Assembly: GCA_031960885.1 (NCBI GenBank)
Contig: JAVRLY010000022.1
Location: 1-19,694 of the forward strand
From: Desulfurella sp.
Lineage (GTDB): Bacteria > Campylobacterota_A > Desulfurellia > Desulfurellales > Desulfurellaceae
Length of the DNA stretch: 19,694 nucleotides
Direction of reading: 5' to 3'
This document shows positions 16,371 to 19,694 of the stretch, in pieces. Within the stretch, counting starts at the first letter, position 1. Every line of letters starts with the position of its first letter. Position numbers and translations under genes: made by a program. The notes below the pieces were generated by a model that saw only the letters and a list, made by a program, of their open reading frames with translations, made no database searches and was not told the DNA's origin.

Positions 16371-17624
16371 ATGGCAAAAACCAAAGAGCCACTTAGATGT
16401 TCATTTTGCGGTAGGTCTCAGGATGAAGTAAAAAAATTAATTGCAGGTCCTGGCGTGTATATTTGCGATGAATGTGTGGCACTGTGTAACAACATTTTAG
16501 CTGAAGATATTAGAAAAGAAAGTGAGGATACCGAAAAAAACAACCTCATTCCAGAAGAAATTAAGAGAAAACTTGATGAATATATAATTTCTCAAGATAG
16601 AGCAAAAAAGATACTTTCTGTTGCAGTTTATAATCACTACAAACGTATCAATTCAAACCAAAATCTACTTAATTCAGATGTAGAATTAGAAAAAAGCAAC
16701 ATTTTACTTATAGGTCCTACTGGAACAGGTAAAACGCTGTTTGCAAAAACATTTGCTAAGATTTTAAACCTTCCGTTTGCAATTGCTGATGCTACAAGTT
16801 TAACAGAAGCCGGATATGTTGGAGAAGATGTAGAAAATATCTTAGTGAGGCTTTTACAATCTGCTGATTACAATGTGGCATTAGCACAAAAAGGCATAGT
16901 GTATATTGATGAGATTGATAAAATTTCAAGAAAAAGCGAGAATCCATCTATAACGCGTGACGTTTCAGGCGAAGGTGTTCAACAAGCACTGTTGAAACTT
17001 ATTGAAGGAAGCATAGTAAATGTACCGCCATATGGTGGCAGAAAACATCCTCAACAAGAATTTATTCAGGTAGATACAACTAACATATTATTTATTTGCG
17101 GCGGTGCGTTTGAAGGATTGGCTGACATTGTAGCACGCAGACTTAACCAAAAAAGTATAGGATTTAATAGCCCTATTAAATCAAAAGAAGATTTAAATAT
17201 ATCGGAGTTATTGCAAAATGTTACACCACAAGATTTAGTACATTATGGTTTGATACCAGAACTAGTAGGTAGACTTCATGTTGTAGCTACGCTTGAAGAT
17301 TTAAAAGAAAACGAGCTTGTTAAGATACTCACCGAGCCAAAAAATGCACTTGTTAAACAATATCAAAAACTATTTGATTTAGAACATGTAAGGCTTACTA
17401 TACAAGATGATACTCTGAAATCAATTGCCAAAAAGGCTTTAGATCGTAAAGTAGGAGCAAGGGGTTTGCGTAGCATAATGGAAGAAGTAATGAACGATAT
17501 AATGTATAAGTTGCCGTCTGTTAAACATGAAATCAAAGAGTGTATAATCACAAAAGAAACTGTTGAAGACGCAAAAGAACCTATTTTGATTAAGAAATCA
17601 AAAGCTGTAGCACAAGGTAAATAA
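16371..17624 (+). CDS. clpX: ATP-dependent Clp protease ATP-binding subunit ClpX
   Basis: C4 zinc finger 'CSFC..CDEC', Walker A 'GPTGTGKT', 'GYVG', 'RKH', IGF loop, 'GARGLR'. Confidence 0.98.
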   Translation: MAKTKEPLRCSFCGRSQDEVKKLIAGPGVYICDECVALCNNILAEDIRKESEDTEKNNLIPEEIKRKLDEYIISQDRAKKILSVAVYNHYKRINSNQNLLNSDVELEKSNILLIGPTGTGKTLFAKTFAKILNLPFAIADATSLTEAGYVGEDVENILVRLLQSADYNVALAQKGIVYIDEIDKISRKSENPSITRDVSGEGVQQALLKLIEGSIVNVPPYGGRKHPQQEFIQVDTTNILFICGGAFEGLADIVARRLNQKSIGFNSPIKSKEDLNISELLQNVTPQDLVHYGLIPELVGRLHVVATLEDLKENELVKILTEPKNALVKQYQKLFDLEHVRLTIQDDTLKSIAKKALDRKVGARGLRSIMEEVMNDIMYKLPSVKHEIKECIITKETVEDAKEPILIKKSKAVAQGK

Positions 17625-17625
17625 T

Positions 17626-18168
17626 ATGCAACAATTTTATTCTACAACGATTATTGCTGTAAAAAAAGATAATATGGTGGCTATAGCCGGCGATGGACAG
17701 GTTACATTTGGCAATACAGTTATGAAAAGTAAAGCAAAAAAAATTAGAAGACTATATAATGATAGCATACTCGTGGGATTTGCTGGTGCAAGCGCTGATG
17801 CTTTTACATTATTTGAGCGTTTAGAGGAAAAACTAAATAAATACAGTGGAAATCTTACAAGGTCGGCTGTTGAGCTCACAAAAGACTGGCGCACAGATAA
17901 AGTATTGCGCCGCTTAGAAGCAATGTTGATTGCATGCGATATAGATAGTTTGTATTTAATATCAGGAAGCGGTGATGTAATATCGCCAGATGAAAATGTT
18001 TGCGCAATAGGTTCTGGTGGTCCATACGCTTTAGCTGCTGCAAAAGCTTTACTTATTCATACAAATTTAAGTGCAGATAATATTGTTCTTGAATCATTAA
18101 AAATTGCATCTTCTATATGTATTTATACAAACGAAGATATAATAGTAGATAAGCTGGAGAGAAAATGA
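17626..18168 (+). CDS. hslV: ATP-dependent protease peptidase subunit HslV (ClpQ)
   Basis: 'TTIIAV..AGDGQVT', '[12 protein letters not shown]', '[12 protein letters not shown]', 'AIGSGG', 'ICIYTN'. Confidence 0.97.
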   Translation: MQQFYSTTIIAVKKDNMVAIAGDGQVTFGNTVMKSKAKKIRRLYNDSILVGFAGASADAFTLFERLEEKLNKYSGNLTRSAVELTKDWRTDKVLRRLEAMLIACDIDSLYLISGSGDVISPDENVCAIGSGGPYALAAAKALLIHTNLSADNIVLESLKIASSICIYTNEDIIVDKLERK

Positions 18169-19532
18169 AAAACGATTTGAAAGAACTAACGCCTAAAAAA
18201 ATAGTTGAGTTTTTGGATAAATATATAGTAGGTCAATCCCAAGCAAAAAAAGCAATTGCTATTGCCCTAAGGTCAAGGTATAGAAGGAGCAAACTTTCAG
18301 ATGATATTAAAGAAGATGTGGCGCCAAAAAATATACTAATGATAGGGCCAACAGGTGTGGGAAAAACTGAAATAGCAAAACGCGTTGCTAAGATTGTAAA
18401 TGCTCCGTTTATTAAAGTTGAGGCTACAAAATTTACTGAAATTGGTTATGTAGGAAGGGATGTTGAATCAATTATAAGAGATTTAACTAGTGTTGGCTAT
18501 GAGATGGCTAAGGCAGAAGAGTTAGAAAAAGTTGATTCTCAGGCTGAAAAGATAGCTTTATCTAGAATATTAGATATACTTGTGCCTCCGGTTAAGAAAA
18601 AAATCTCTATTTATGAAGAGAATAAAGACGAAGAAGAAGGGATTAAAAAAACACGCGAAAAATTTCGTGAAAAATTAGAAAAAGGTGAATTTGACGACAA
18701 AATTATTGAAATTACCGTCGAAGAAAAAGATTTAGGTATGCAAATACCATTTATTGAAATTTCTCAGCCGATGATGGAAGATTTTGATTCAAATTTAAAG
18801 AGTCTACTTTCTAATATGTTACCATCAAAAAAGAAAGTAAAAAAAGTTACAATTAAAGAAGCAAAAAAAATATTTAAAGAAGAAGAGGCGCAAAATCTTA
18901 TAGATAAAGAAAAGGTAAAAGAAATAGCAAGAGAACTTGTTACTAACATGGGTATAGTGTTTATTGATGAGATAGATAAGATTGCTGGAAAAACTGCTGG
19001 TGGTGGGCCAGATATTTCGCGGGAAGGCGTTCAAAGAGACTTACTCCCAATTATTGAAGGCAGTTCAGTAAATACAAAAATTGGAATTATTAGAACAGAC
19101 CATATTTTGTTTATATCTGCTGGAGCTTTTCATCAAACAAAACCGAGCGATTTAATACCAGAATTACAAGGAAGGTTTCCCATACGCGTTGAATTACAAG
19201 CATTAACTAAAGATGATTTTTACAAAATCCTTACTCAACCCAGAAACGCTCTTATTAAGCAATATATTGAACTCCTTAAGACAGAAGGTATTAATCTCAT
19301 GTTTACAGATGAAGCCATACAAAAAATAGCAGAATTAGCTGAGTATTTTAATGAAAAAAATGAAAATATTGGAGCAAGAAGATTACACACACTTATAGAA
19401 AAGGTTTTGGAAGATGTATTATTTGAAGCTCCAGATGTTCAATCTACTGATATAAGTATAGATGATAAATATGTTGTGCAAAAGGTCGCTAACATTGTTG
19501 AGAATTTAGATTTAAGCAGGTATATTTTGTAA
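18165..19532 (+). CDS. hslU: ATP-dependent protease ATPase subunit HslU (ClpY)
   Basis: '[18 protein letters not shown]', 'GYVG', I-domain, 'FIDEIDK', 'NIGARRL', C-terminal 'DLSRYIL'. Confidence 0.98.
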   Translation: MKNDLKELTPKKIVEFLDKYIVGQSQAKKAIAIALRSRYRRSKLSDDIKEDVAPKNILMIGPTGVGKTEIAKRVAKIVNAPFIKVEATKFTEIGYVGRDVESIIRDLTSVGYEMAKAEELEKVDSQAEKIALSRILDILVPPVKKKISIYEENKDEEEGIKKTREKFREKLEKGEFDDKIIEITVEEKDLGMQIPFIEISQPMMEDFDSNLKSLLSNMLPSKKKVKKVTIKEAKKIFKEEEAQNLIDKEKVKEIARELVTNMGIVFIDEIDKIAGKTAGGGPDISREGVQRDLLPIIEGSSVNTKIGIIRTDHILFISAGAFHQTKPSDLIPELQGRFPIRVELQALTKDDFYKILTQPRNALIKQYIELLKTEGINLMFTDEAIQKIAELAEYFNEKNENIGARRLHTLIEKVLEDVLFEAPDVQSTDISIDDKYVVQKVANIVENLDLSRYIL

Positions 19533-19581
19533 TTTTTTTATAAGAAAAATTAATTAATCGTTTGTTTGGAGGCAAAACCCT

Positions 19582-19694
19582 ATGTCTAACTCTAAAAAAA
19601 AGTTTATCCTTATTGCTAGTGTAGTTGTTATTACGATTGCTTGCATAATCTATTGGATTTATACAAGGAACTTAGTTACTACAGACGATGCGCA
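19582..19694 (+). CDS. HlyD/EmrA-family membrane fusion (efflux adaptor) protein, 5' part (truncated by window edge)
   Basis: Not in the ORF track. GGAGG at 19568-72; MSNSKKKFILIASVVVITIACIIYWIYTRNLVTTDDA = basic N-terminus, one TM helix, then the 'TDDA' motif typical of EmrA-like proteins. Confidence 0.75.
   Translation, partial: MSNSKKKFILIASVVVITIACIIYWIYTRNLVTTDDA

Noticed and set aside
891..19034. Remaining 60-85 aa ORFs in the track nested in or antisense to assigned genes
   Set aside because: All overlap well-supported conserved CDSs and show no motifs
19533..19560. AT-only inverted repeats after hslU as terminator or operator
   Set aside because: No GC stem; indistinguishable from AT-rich background
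1..19694. CRISPR array, IS element, prophage or defence system
   Set aside because: No regularly spaced repeats, terminal inverted repeats, or nuclease/recombinase/phage ORFs seen

Overview
AT-rich bacterial chromosomal window, densely coding and made up mostly of housekeeping genes. Composition and gene style suggest a Desulfurella/Hippea-like (Campylobacterota or former delta-proteobacterial) genome; this is inference only. Left block (+): 3' end of an FAH-family hydrolase, dapL, folK, a structured leader with an intrinsic terminator, panBCD, then fbp with its own sigma70-like promoters. Middle block (-): a tightly coupled 10-gene run, metF - hypothetical - dcd - yebC - APH-like kinase - HAD hydrolase - glnD - PilZ/YcgR - rfaE1 - kdsB. 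Right block (+): tig-clpP-clpX-hslV-hslU and the start of an EmrA/HlyD-type adaptor. No mobile element, CRISPR array, tRNA or rRNA was seen. The most interesting signals are non-coding. (1) A candidate stand-alone ~65-nt minus-strand sRNA between metF and tig has its own promoter, two CCCCCUC anti-SD-like motifs and a C-rich terminator loop, an architecture like RepG/CJnc190. (2) A pan-motif-like bulged-A hairpin, a possible leader ORF and a terminator lie in front of panBCD.
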